A stretch of DNA of 34,497 bases, taken from the NCBI GenBank assembly GCA_003693705.1, contig RBZT01000371.1, forward strand, positions 1 to 34,497, written 5' to 3'. The DNA comes from Polymyxa betae A26-41. Its lineage: Eukaryota > Protista > Endomyxa: Phytomyxea. A model generated the notes under the pieces. It was given only the letters and a program-made list of their open reading frames with translations. It was not told the origin of the DNA and ran no database searches. This document shows, piece after piece, positions 11,691 to 23,556 of the stretch (positions are counted from its first letter, which is position 1; every line of letters starts with the position of its first letter). The position numbers and the translations under genes were made by a program.

Positions 11691-14004
11691 TTAACAAGTT
11701 TCAGAATCATCATTATGTTCATCTCCTTCGTTGTGTAACTCTCGATCATCATCTTCATGTTCATCATCATCCTCTTCATGCAATAAATCAGTAGTGTGAT
11801 GTCCATTAGCTCCATCATCTTCATGACAATTAATAATCATATCTTCTTCATGTTCTGGTGGTCTTGTATATCGCTTATGAACTCCTTTACTTTTAATAAC
11901 ATTCATAACTCCAAATACATCCGCTGTTCTCTTTGCTGCTTTATTGGCTGTCATACCAAACACATCTTCAATGATCTGATCAAGTTCCTTTTTAGCAATC
12001 CGTTTCTCCACTGATCGAATTCCATCACGAATTTGCTGTCCTGTAATCTTGCCATCATTGGACTGCTCAGCAGCGTTATCCAGCACCGCTTTGATCTCGC
12101 CATAATAAGCGATGATTTCTGACAGATACTGATCTCGAAGACATTCAGCAAATGGACCTTGATCGCCATCACGATTCTCTTCGAATAGACGTTCATAGGC
12201 GACCTGACCCTGATTACAGTTCTGCTTCTCTCTTTCTAATGATTTCACCAATAGTCTCATATTCGGCTTCGGTTTACCCGGGAACATCTTCAGCAGAATC
12301 TTGACGAATGTTCTCCTATCAATATATCCAGATCTACTGGAATCTCGAGTTGCACACACTTCTAATAGATGCTGCACAACCCGGCTTTGATCATCATGAA
12401 CATCCTCACTAACTTCACCTCGTAGTACCATATCAAATAATCGAATATCAGCATCATATTCATAGGCTTTCAATGCTTCAATTAAGCTGTATCCCCATTC
12501 TTGAAGGACGCTTGCAGCTCCGTATTTAGTAGATAGATACGTGTAGACATAATCAGCAAGTTTCGAGCGAATACCACGTTGCTTATCAAATGATCTCTTC
12601 ATAAGCCAGACATCACGAACAGTTAATTCAGCCTGACGTTTAGTAAGGACACGACGTCGTACCTTGCCTGAGACACGAAGGTATCTTGGAATGGATTCTG
12701 CTGTACCTAATCCTTCAATATATTCGGTGGCGTCTTCGACATAAGACTGGCGAGTACGACGTTGTGTCTCTGCTGCATCAGCAGCAAGCATCTCTTCACG
12801 TTCAAGCAGGCGAATCTTCATGTTCCGGGTTGCCAATGTTTGTACGAGAACGTCAACGGCTTGGACTGTCGACATCTGAGACACTTCTAGATGTGCTCGT
12901 CGTGCAATCTTCTGCCAATCTGGACGTGGTGTTAGAGATCGGGTATCTGGTTCAGGTGGAAGTGATAGAGGGGCGTGTCGATGATTTCCATGAAATGATG
13001 GACGGCGTGGGATTGATGAACGTGATCGTGGCAGCTGCATTATTGACATTCGCCTCTACACCAATATTCAATAAGGAAGATCTGAAGCGATTTCACGAAA
13101 ATATGAACATGAACATGAAAGAGAAATTTGTATGAGAAATGCTACTTACAGGTCGAGCTATTGATTGCTCTTCAATCTGTTTCTGTAGGGCGACCTTCGC
13201 TTCCATTGTCTGATTCAGAAGCTCCAGTGATTCAACGTTCTCCTTGCGTTGATGGGCGTACTGGACCTTGAGCTGATCCAGCTCCCGCTGTAGTACACTA
13301 TTCATAACGCGCGTATCAGCAGCTCGATTGAGCTCAATGTGAAGGTTCTCGACCGATTGTGATGCTGATTGCAATAGAGCTTTGAGTTTTGCAATAGATT
13401 CAGTTTGTTGGCGGATCTGTGTATCACGACCACGAATTTGAATGTTGGCATGAGCAAGACGTTCCTGCAGCGATTCTATCTGTGATGTCAGATCATGGTT
13501 GATGCCGTTTAGCTTCTGGATCTGAGCTCGAAGATCAGTTATGGTGATGTTATTGTTCTTGTTATCAAGTGATATAACAGCCATCATCTCATAATAAAGC
13601 AGATGTGATTCACCATCAAATGCACCTCGCTCAAATATATCTGCAAGACGTTGCAGCACGTGTTCGAACTGACCGGCATAGGTGCCAATCTTTCGAAGTA
13701 GCTGAAGGGATGGATTTAAAACTTCACGATGTGGCCGATCTTGACCGAGTTCACGATCTAGATTCATAATTGATATCAAGTCGAATTCGGCTTCGAGATG
13801 ATAGGCTCGGTAATAGCGAGCAGTCTTGGGAACGTCATCGCGAACGGCAACGATTTGATCGAAGTTGATGCGAGCATGGTTTGGCACAATCGTGACCTTC
13901 TTTGCCTCAGGTTCTAATTCCAGCTTGGAAGGTTCGTTAAAATACGGAGCTGGTTGAAAACGTTGTTTCCGACGCCATCTGTAGTAGGGGATTGGCTCTC
14001 CCAT
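11691..14004 (-). CDS. Translin-associated factor X-interacting protein 1 (TSNAXIP1)-like coiled-coil, cilia-associated protein (intron ~13056-13149)
   Basis: N-terminal coiled coil, then PRYLRVSGKVRRRVLTKRQAE, YEYDADIRLFDMVLRGEVSEDV, an EF-hand-like DSSRSGYID and LFEENRDGDQGPFAECLRDQ, matching my recollection of the family. Confidence 0.7.
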
Positions 14005-14141
14005 GTCAAAGATGCCATAAAAGATATTTCGAAAACAAGAAATATCGAAGATTTTGTACCAAGTATCAAATGAAGATCTTCAGAGAGAGCAATGACAGAT
14101 TTGATATCAACTTTAAAAGAGAGTTCGGGATTTATTGTCGA

Positions 14142-15266
14142 TTAAAGTTCATCTTTCTCATCGTCGTTAGTGGTCTCCACGCTGGGTTCGGTTACTCCTT
14201 TCAGCTGCTTCAAAATAGTGAGACGATACAAGGCGTTCAGTTTGGGCTCTTCACCCATCTTGTTTTGAAGTAGTTTCTCCAACCGTCCCGGCTCCGTCTC
14301 CAAGAACTGGGGCTTATCCATAGCCTTCTTCATAAGCTTTGGGTAGAAATGGGCATACTTGGCGAATCGACCAGCAGCACTCTTAGCGGCGTCTTTGGCT
14401 TTCTCGACGACTGATGCTTTCTCAGTTTTGTCAGCTTTGCGGAACTGAGCGATTAGATTCTTGATCTCATCGGAAGGCCAGGCACCAGTATCGAAGCCAC
14501 CATCAACGGTACGATGTGTTCCGACATGCTTATTGATAAAGTCCAGCATGTCTTGAGGCTCTCGGGCGGATTCAAACGGGACAGTTGTTTTGTCTTTGTC
14601 AGCCAAAAATAGCTTCAGTGTAGGGTATCCTTGCACATCATATTTCGAACCGACTTCGCTATGCTTGTTGGCGTCAATCTTAACGATTTCGATTGTGTCA
14701 TCGCCAGCAAATGCTTCAACCAGTTGGGGAAGCTTAGGCATAAGAGACTTACAATGGCCACACCATGATGCGTGAAATATGACAAAGTAGTTCTTCTTAC
14801 CGCTTTGAACATCGGATTTGAAGCTATCACTGTCAAGCTCACGAACAGGGTCGACAGGTTTTTTAACTTTAACGTTCAACCCGGTTTGCTGATTGACAAA
14901 CTCGACAAAATCTTCGGTCGAGCGACCGCCTTCATAGTCAGTAGGCTTTTCGCCCTTTCCAGGGAAGTATTTGATTGTCGGAAATCCCTTGATCTCGTAT
15001 TTGGCCCCGGTGTCCTTGTGCTCATCACAATCAACCGAGCCAATGAGAATATCGTTATGATTAGCATAGCTTTCAGCCAACTTCTCCCAATCCGGTTTCG
15101 TTCGCTTGCAATGCCCACACCAAGGTGCAAAGAACATCACAAAGGACGGTTGCTTGCCGACCTCATCCTCGAAATTGGCATCGCTGAGATCAACGGTTCT
15201 GGCATAAATAGACGACGCCAGAAGCAAGACGCCAGTAAAGATATAGATCGGAAATGTCGTCCTCAT
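14142..15266 (-). CDS. Protein disulfide isomerase, a-a'-D type (ERp38/PDIL2-1-like) with signal peptide and C-terminal KDEL
   Basis: Two WCGHCK thioredoxin sites, an ERp29C-like helical tail, signal peptide MRTTFPIYIFTGVLLLASSIYA, ends in EKDEL. Intronless. Confidence 0.93.
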   Translation of the reverse strand: MRTTFPIYIFTGVLLLASSIYARTVDLSDANFEDEVGKQPSFVMFFAPWCGHCKRTKPDWEKLAESYANHNDILIGSVDCDEHKDTGAKYEIKGFPTIKYFPGKGEKPTDYEGGRSTEDFVEFVNQQTGLNVKVKKPVDPVRELDSDSFKSDVQSGKKNYFVIFHASWCGHCKSLMPKLPQLVEAFAGDDTIEIVKIDANKHSEVGSKYDVQGYPTLKLFLADKDKTTVPFESAREPQDMLDFINKHVGTHRTVDGGFDTGAWPSDEIKNLIAQFRKADKTEKASVVEKAKDAAKSAAGRFAKYAHFYPKLMKKAMDKPQFLETEPGRLEKLLQNKMGEEPKLNALYRLTILKQLKGVTEPSVETTNDDEKDEL

Positions 15267-15726
15267 CTCGAACAACAAGCTAATAATGATTATGGAAAGC
15301 CACGTCACTCTGATTGAGCTTTCCGTATGTAACATTAGCCATTAGCCAACATGATTCATAAGTAGCGCAACCTCCTGGGCAACAACACGCAGTCAATTAA
15401 TCGATACGATATCGGGTTTAAGAAAGATGCTCCAAGGATGATCGGATTTTTCATTCTTTTTTTATAAGTTATCTGGTGGAAGGTGCCAAATTCATGCTGA
15501 AGCCATGACATCGTTAGAGCTACAACAATCGGTCGACGACCTAAAAGTTCAAAAGCGATATTCATCCAAAGCATCCTTCAAATACTATTGAAGATCAGTA
15601 CTCTGCAGCGTTAACTCTAGAGGTATTTGAATTAAACTAAGCGACTATACGGCCGAACTACTAAGAAATCCCTGAAAGTGACAAACAACATTGTCTCGCA
15701 GTTTCATTTGATGGGACTTCAGCGCA

Positions 15727-16606
15727 ATGAAATCGTCGCCGGCTGATCAGGCGGATCCGGATCTCCTTGTTGCCATCATTGATTGCAACCCGTTGTCATG
15801 GCGGGCGATCTCTGATCGGGCGCCGCTTGCCTCTACCCTACACGATCTATTTGTATTCTTCAACTCATTTCGGGCCCTGCAAGCCAGCAACGAGCTTGTC
15901 GTCATCGGGGCACATTCGGCTGGTGCCGTATTTCTCTATAGCAACGAACCCGGGCAGAACGTCGCGTCAATCATTAAAGATCGCATGGCGAAGGTACCGG
16001 TTGGCGCCGGCGTCACACAGCTTAGTTCGGCCATGTCACTGGCCATGTGCTACATCCACCGTATAAATCAAGAGAAGTCGTCGATTCGTCGTAGGATGAT
16101 GGTAGTTCAGGCTGTAGCCGATGTTTCCATCCAATACACAGCGACCATGAACTGCATTTTCTCAGCTCAAAAGCTTGCTGTTCCCGTCGATATTGTAGTC
16201 CTGACGACAACCGATTCGTTGCTGCTGCAACAAGCCGCTCATTTCTCAAATGGCATATATTATCGTGTCGCCAATCCCGTCAAAGACCTGCTTTCGATTC
16301 TGCTTATGCTGTTTCTTGCAGGAGCTTTCGACCGTCAAATTCTGAGCATGCCGCATCAGGCTCAAATTGACTATCGTGCTACATGCTTCTGCCATAAGCA
16401 AGTTCAAGACACTGGATATACTTGCCCTGTATGCTTATCAGGTCGTTTTCAGAAATTTTCTTGGTAGCTTGAAGTTGATATATGTTATAGTTTTCTGCAA
16501 ACCGGCATTATCGTGCCCAACTTGCTTTACGAGGTTTCCTCGTCCGGCTCGAAAACCAAGGCCACCAACTGTGGGAGAACGTCGCACAGCGAATTCTGAA
16601 TTCTAG
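15727..16606 (+). CDS. GTF2H3: TFIIH subunit p34/Tfb4 (intron ~16442-16490)
   Basis: LLVAIIDCNP..W, QYTATMNCIFSAQK, LLQQAAHFSNGIY, DYRATCFCHKQ..GYTCPVCLS|VFC....CPTC. Confidence 0.93.
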
Positions 16607-16844
16607 ATTGCTTTCGTCTATGTTCGCTAATTCCAACATATAGACATTGAGAAACTATGGAAATTTAATTCTTTACAGTATCTTGCTTGATAAACTGTTA
16701 CAATGATATTAGTGCCTCAGAAGGCTTTGTACAATGACCTTTGATATTAGATGATTTTCACCAGCATGAGCATCAAGCATCCATCAGACTGCATGAGAAC
16801 AGGATCGACAGTATTGGTGGCGAAGTCGAATTTGAGCATAACCT

Positions 16845-17703
16845 TCCTTCTCTGTAAACGGAAAGGTAAACCGGAGAGGCCATGGGCGGCGTTACAGCAG
16901 AATCTGTGAGGATCAGGTCTGGCGGGGCGATACTTGAATGCATGGGTCTGACTCTTGGGACGACAGGAGCACGGCAGCAGACCATGAATACAGCCCGTCT
17001 CCAAAGCAATACGACAATGAAGTGAATGTGAGAGCGACGGCCAGAGCCCAGAAGCCCCCAGTATTAGATGAGTCCCGGTGTCAGTGTTACCTTCCGATCA
17101 ATGCGACACAGGCGTAACATCACTTTAAGTCAGTGACACCATTATGGGCCCACTCCCGATCCCATCAGCCCAGGAGTCCTGCGTGCGAGGTACAAATTCC
17201 TGCAAGTCTGCAACATCCAGGCTGCGCCTCTCTGTAACAGGCTTTCGGACTTGCGGACTTACCACTCACAGGCACTGCCCACTCCAGTGATCTCTTTCGT
17301 CGAACGTTTTCAGTCTTGTGTTTCATTGTCAGAAACCAGAACGGTTGCGTTTGAGATCCGCGATCCGGTCTGACTTTCGGCCGAGTGACTCGAAACTGCT
17401 TTTGTTGGTTGTCAGATCAGAGCTGTTGCGTTTGAGAAGAGCCGGATAGATGGGATTGGAGCCCAAGGCCTGATCGGGAACCATTCCCTTCCATATCTTC
17501 AGGTGCTCTTACTTCCAGACATCAGAGCGTTACATCATTTCACCCATTTGTGAAGGGTTCTGCTGCATCGTCCTACTTGCAGGGCTCAAGAAACCCTCGA
17601 TAGGGTGGGATAGGCGGCCACAGCGACTCGAACTCATGATCCTATCCCTTTTAACACTCCCCTACTGGGATTCCAGCTTTGTCTTAACCATGAGTTTGCT
17701 GTG
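16845..17703 (+). ncRNA. Candidate large structured non-coding RNA, unassigned
   Basis: Lies in a ~1.3-kb gap between convergent genes with no credible ORF. Nested long-range helices have + strand G-U pairs (details in findings). Confidence 0.5.
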
Positions 17704-17954
17704 TTACAGAGTGAGAAGAGCATGGATAATTTCCACTTCAGACTCTAAATCGTATTTTCTTGTCGCGACATTTCTAAGTGCATATTGCGCCGTATTCGTG
17801 GTTCGGAAAGCGTTATTTGTTCGAATTAATTAATTCCAAATTTGGAATAAACCTACAAACCCTTTAGCAATCGGCTTCGAGTCCCTTAGAATGTAGCTTA
17901 ATCGTAAATGGCTTGATGTTTTTTGTACGAAGACAATTGTTACCTCATCTTTAT

Positions 17955-19137
17955 TCACTTAAAAATTTTTGTTTTTCCATCTTCTAAAATATCCATATCG
18001 TCATCGGTGTCAACTGCAGCGTACTTTGGCACATTCAAAGGTTTGGCTTGCATCTCTGCATCGCGAACCCATCCGTAGAAGAACGACCCGAAAATAACCA
18101 GAAATAACCCAACAGCTCCCTCGAAGGAAATGGGCTCCCGTAGGAACACAATAGCCATTAACGACTGAACTGCTGATTTCGCGGTTCCACTAATATTGTG
18201 AGTTAATGGGCTCGTCGCTTGAATCTGGGCGTACGTTGCAATGTTGATCAAGAATCCTAAATCGTAAATCAGGTTGAAGTTAAGTTGCATTCCTTTGGTG
18301 CTGACCGAATATTCCTGCCATGCCAATGTAGCTGATCCAGAAAGAGATTGTGTAGACGGCATCGGAGGAAGAAATAACAGGTGCCTCGTTAAACAGCAGG
18401 ATTAACGGTGGCATTAAGAAGCTCGCTAGAACATTGTTATAAATCATCAAAGTCCATTTGTTATTGTCCACAGCAGCCAACGCTTTCTTGACGTTGATGG
18501 CGTACAGAGACACAAAAACGGAAGCCAAGACTCCAAATACTGATCCTCGAACGGAAAGCTCTTTCATTGACAACTCAGCCGACGAGCCAATGATGTACCC
18601 TATGACAACACCAGCAACACATGCCAGAGCTTTTGTTGAAGTTTTTTGCCCCATTAATACATATGTAAAGATGACGTTAAAAACGATGGTCAGAGACCTG
18701 GCCACTTGATAAAACGACACATTAACATATTGTAAACAGAGGTTGTTGAATGTGATCATAGCGATGAAGGTCAATGTTAATGGCAGTACCTTCAATGCAA
18801 CATCAGTTCGAATTTGAAATTCAGGAAAGAAGTTGAGCATTGGACTGGAGTTACGGAACATGCTCAATACATAGCATCCGAAAACAGCATAAACAAGCTG
18901 TGTCCAAGTGATGAAAATAGGCGCATCTAACTACAAAAAGTCACCAGAACGAAGAAGGACCATTTCATGTTCTACCCTATTCATGGACTCCTTGTTGAGA
19001 AATACAAGCGAGATCGACACGATCCAGTAAAAGCCGACCGCCCATACAACCGAATGCCGTTGCTGAGCCAGGGCGGCGGCGGCAGCCGGGCTGATGGACC
19101 CATTTGATGAGCTGTGTCCCTTCATGGGGATAGACAT
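17955..19137 (-). CDS. Nucleotide-sugar transporter, GDP-fucose transporter (SLC35C1)-like, 2 introns
   Basis: YWIVSISLVFLNK, APIFITWTQ, MITFNNLCLQYVNVSFYQVARSLT, QIQATSPLTHNISGTAK. Confidence 0.88.
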
Positions 19138-19642
19138 GCCGGGGCCACGAGCGAAAATGCGGAAAATTTGTCAAGCCTTGACGCCCTTCGTTTGCAGAGA
19201 GAAAGTGTTGTGCAACTATGACCCAGTACTACACAAATAATAAATGCAGACAAGCGTGTAGTCGTGATGACTGCACTTCCAGCAACTTGACGACGAGGCC
19301 GCACCCCTGACTCGGAGTCGCTGGCCGCTGCCAATTCGGGACGCTCATGGGGGCACACGTTACAGTAGTGCAGCTATGCCAAAGGAAACATTGCACAGGC
19401 GTCAATAATGTCAATATCCGGTTAATCATGGCATTATCTGTTACGACGGAATCTGAAAATTCTCTCAGAAGTCTCAGCAAAAGTTGCCGAAAATTCTTTA
19501 AAAAAAAAATGTTTTTTTTCTCTCTACTTCACCGGCAAAACAACAAAAACTTTGATAGAAACTGCGCCTAAACTTGCCGCGACCGCCGAAGTCCGTGAAA
19601 AATTTCCTGGATCCTTCTTGATCATTGCTTGCAGGTTCAGCC

Positions 19643-20524
19643 ATGGTAAGTTGCTGTGTCTTCCTGCTGTTATCCATCCCCTGAATCTCATTCACAGCCG
19701 CAAAACGAGCATATTGAACTGCATAGAAAGCGATTTGGACGCCAATTCAATCATGAAGAGCGAATGTGAGAGGTTGAATCTTATAACAAAATCCATGCTG
19801 ATAGCTCTTCAGTCGCAAGAAGGAGGCGCGTACCGCCCATAAGCAGGCTGAATTCTCACAGAAGGTTCGAGGAATAAAGGCCAAGTTACACAATGCGAAA
19901 CGATTCAAAGAAAAGGCGGCTATGAAGAAGACCATTAATATGCATAGCGAGCGTGATAAAAAGCAGGCGTCGGAAGCAGACCTGCAAGAAGGCGCCGTTC
20001 CCGCCTATTTGATGGATCGTGAAGGCAATAATCGATCCAAGGTTCTTAGTAACACTGTCAAACAAAAGCGTAAAGAAAAGGCTGGTAAATGGGACGTACC
20101 GATCCCGAAAGTTAAGCCGGTCGCCGACGACGAGATCTTTAAGGTGATGCGCTCTGGAAAACGCCAAAAGAAAATGTGGAAGCGAATGGTCACGAAAGTT
20201 ACGTTCGTTGGTCCGACGTTCACTCGTAAACCTCCCAAATATGAACGGTTTATTCGGCCATCTGCACTGCGTTTCAAGAAAGCGCACGTGGTCCATCCAG
20301 ATCTGCAAACGACTTTCCATCTGGACATTCTCGGCGTCAAGAAGAACCCGCATTCCCCATTATATTCTTCGTTGGGCGTTATCACTAAAGGGACAATCAT
20401 CGAAGTGAATGTTAGCGATCTGGGTCTGGTCACGACCACAGGTAAAGTAGTTTGGGGGAAATTCGCCCAAGTCACCAACAATCCTGAACTCGACGGATGT
20501 ATCAATGCTGTCATGCTCGTTTAA
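19643..20524 (+). CDS. NSA2: Ribosome biogenesis protein NSA2 (first coding exon is ATG only)
   Basis: ATG|gtaagt..cag|[14 protein letters not shown], then [57 protein letters not shown]. Confidence 0.97.
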
Positions 20525-20637
20525 TAAATTATTTCTCTCAACCCAATGTCATAACTTCGCCGGGATAAAGCATCAAACGCAATGTAAGCTCGTTTCGCCG
20601 CCAGAGATCGTTACGAGAGGGTTGTTGTGCCTGCGGT

Positions 20638-21739
20638 TTATTTCGATTTCTTCAAGCTTTCCACAAAATCATCGACTACAGAAGGCCATGCTCCAGATTC
20701 GTCAAAGTTGGATAAATCTTTGTCGGTGTCACGAACGAATTCAAAGCTCTGGTACCAGAGATCTTTGTTGAACACAATCAGTGAGGCGTTCTGAACGCAA
20801 ATTGTTCATCAGATCTGAAATGCAGTTCTATTAGCTTTACTTACATTCGAGATGAAGTCCATGTAGGCTTCAAGCAGAGGGAACTTATTCTTATCAAGGA
20901 CAATATTCCAGACATGCAAAGCGAGCTCACTCGGGATGGTCCGTTTCTTCTCGTCTTCCTTCAGATAATCGAAAAGCCTGTCAGTCATTTAGCCCAGTTT
21001 AAATAAACAGTGCTAAAGAAACGCGCACTACCAACGATAAAACTGAATAAAGTCGATATCGTTTCTTAAACGATTCCCCATATCAGAACCGGTTGTTTTT
21101 GCCATATCCTTAATACTAAAGCAACCAAGCTTAGCAAATCCTTCGATGAATTCATTGCGGGTTAGTATTCCCATTCTTGAAGCACCCAGCTTCCTGAACC
21201 AACGTCAGTCAGAATAAAACGTTCAAAACAAAGCATACCACATCAGAGCAAGCGAGTGGAGGCCTTCTGGTTCGCATCCGATGTCTTTCAAAAATTGTTC
21301 CATGTATTCTGCCACACACTGCAACCAATAATCAGAAAACTGGAATTCAGACAAAAAATATATACAGACAACGTCCTTGTCCTCGGGGTCTTCATACTTA
21401 TCAAAAATTTCTGATAGCGAGTTTAAATCGCTCTTGGAACCGGATATGGTTTGTTGAGTCTGAGAAAATATAATTTTAACAACAATTTTTTCAGCTGATA
21501 CTCACTTACGGAATTGCTGTTATTCTCCCGAAAATATGCATCAATGGCGATATTTAAATTCCAGTCATATTGTTTCAGATAATTCCTTGAAATTTTTTCC
21601 CTATCATACAATTGAATACCCATTAGTAGGTCAAATAAATTTGGCCAAGTTCGATAGTCGAAGATAAACAGATAAAAAGCACCAACGTCGTATGGCAGAC
21701 ACTACGAAACTCTTTGAGTTTCTCTTTCTGAGTCGTCAT
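20638..21739 (-). CDS. DCUN1D1: DCN1-like cullin neddylation E3 (UBA-like + PONY domain), multi-intron
   Basis: YLKQYDWNLNIAIDAYF UBA-like segment, KLGASRMGILTRNEFIEGF, and C-terminal GAWPSVVDDFVE (W-P-x-x-x-D-x-F-V motif). Confidence 0.85.
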
Positions 21740-22073
21740 CGCTGTTGCAGTTGGGGAATCGAGGGCGATTAGAGTGAAAGCCAGACGGGCTGATGATAAA
21801 GTAGGACGACAGATTCGTTGTCGGTTGGTACAACCGGCTCTAAACAGAAAGGTACAACAGTATTGAGCTGCAGATCAGCGGACTAATTCGACGATTTCGC
21901 CGATATACCGGTTAGATGGAAATCTCCAGTATGATACCATTTTCGAAATCCCATCCACCATGCGAAACTGAAACCGCGTTATTTTTTATCAGCTTTATTC
22001 GTTTTGGAATACCTCTTTCAATGTCCGTCTTATGCAATCGCTTAATGTTGCACCGTTAACGAGAGTACAATTA

Positions 22074-23420
22074 TTAAAGAGTTTTAGGGTAGGATTTGCG
22101 CTTTTTGGAGCTGCAGCATCGATCTTGAAGGGACTTTGTTAAAACAATGGTAGAATCAATAACCCGTAAGAATGACAACTTCACGTAGTTCCATAAAGAT
22201 GATCCATTGGGGTCAGGCTTGTCAGCGTAAAGGTCAAGGCCATTCTTGAGGAACCCATCCAGCTTCTTTCTGCAAGTTGGTCAGTAGGCGAATCCAAATG
22301 AAGCCTTTCTGTCACCTAATACATTCGTTAGCTTCAAGTTCAGCTTGCTTCACCTCTCGAATTGCATCGCGAACAAGCAGGTTAGGCTCGATCGTATGAG
22401 CTTTTCGGAGATCCTTTAGAGCAACAGCGTATTCTTCTCGTCTACCGTACGCCAAACCTCTTCGATACAGGCATTTGACATTGTTTGGCTCAAGTGTAAG
22501 CGCTTTAGTGCCTGTGCCCTTTTAAACTTTGCCTGGTCAAAACCCAGCTACATACAGCTAAAAATTGCTTCGTCCCAGTTTTGCAATCGGATATGGCACG
22601 CCCCAGCGTTGCTTAGGCACAGAAACAGCAGATGCTTGGATTCTTTGAGATCTGCAGGAGGCAGTGGATCCTTTTGCTCGTTTATTGCCCTATAAACATT
22701 TGGTCAGGGTAAGGCAAAACATATCTTTTCAAGTACAACTCTATCGCATCAGTTGCCCGCTTGTAGGTTTTCAAGCTTGTTCGATATTTCTGCTCGCTGT
22801 ATTGCTGGTTTCCAAGTTGATGCTGCTTTTGTGCAAAATCTACTTTCGCATGGTTGGATACAGTCCAGATGTTGATCTCCTGTGTACGCCATTAATCCTG
22901 ACATTGGACTTCTTTAAATTCGCATACATGCTCCCACCGAAGTAAATCTACTTCAAATATCAAAGTATCGTTGATTGCAGACTCTGGAAATTCTGTTGGT
23001 CGGTTTAACTTGTTGAATCCATGGCTAGGCTTGACTTCGATCAGAGCGCTTTCACCAGGTTTCATCGTAGCCAAGGCTATCTCCAGCCCTCGAGCTGTCT
23101 CTGCGCGTCCCAAACAAAACTCCACTTCTTCGACCGTAGATTCAAACAAGACCACATCAGCATTCGACTTTCTCGATATCTTTAAATGCACCGACACACG
23201 ACTCAACGGAGGCGGGCATTCTACTAAATCGCTCTGCATACACCTGCTGAGCAGCATCGCAAAAGCTGTCCTCAAAGCACCTAACCTCAACAATTGTCAA
23301 ACACGTTTTAACGATAGATCCATCCTCGGTAATGCGAATAGATTGGCCGGGTAACCCTCGAGCCGATCCTGGCTTGATGGGTCCATCACATTCGCCTTCA
23401 ACGATGTCTGCTACTGCCAT
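22074..23420 (-). CDS. FKBP-like domain + TPR co-chaperone (immunophilin), multi-intron
   Basis: ITEDGSIVK, EFCLG..ARGLEIALATMKPGESALIEVKPSHGF, TLIFEVDLL, then TPR-like CLSNAGACHIRLQNW and NNVKCLYRRGLAY. Confidence 0.85.
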
Positions 23421-23556
23421 ACTAAAAAGAATGACAAAACAATGTAGATTGGATAAGAGTGGGCTAGGAATACGTTACGACAAGTCACGAACAAAGGGAG
23501 GTGTACTTAGAATTCTGGAAGCGTCATGCCGGAAGGTAACTGACCAACTGGCAGCC

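Noticed and set aside
17615-17705. tRNA gene on the minus strand (GTTCGAGTC)
   Set aside because: The T-stem does not pair and no cloverleaf forms.
16696-17708. Solo LTR (TGTTA...TTACA termini) explaining the structured block
   Set aside because: Flanking 5-mers (TAAAC / GAGTG) do not form a target-site duplication, and no PBS/PPT was seen. Not fully excluded without a copy-number search.
17704-17745. U6-like (ACAGAG..AGCATGG) and RNase P CR-V-like (TTCAGACT) words
   Set aside because: Spacing and context are wrong, and the other conserved regions were not found.
17586-17866. Telomerase template candidates (CAAGAAACCCTC; AAACCTACAAACCCT)
   Set aside because: Neither gives ~1.5 copies of a canonical TTAGGG/TTTAGGG/TTTTAGGG complement, and the first is paired in a hairpin.
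19886-20514. Long antisense ORFs over NSA2 (also those over PDI, RPT6 and 30133-30777)
   Set aside because: Shadow frames of real coding sequence with no recognisable motifs.
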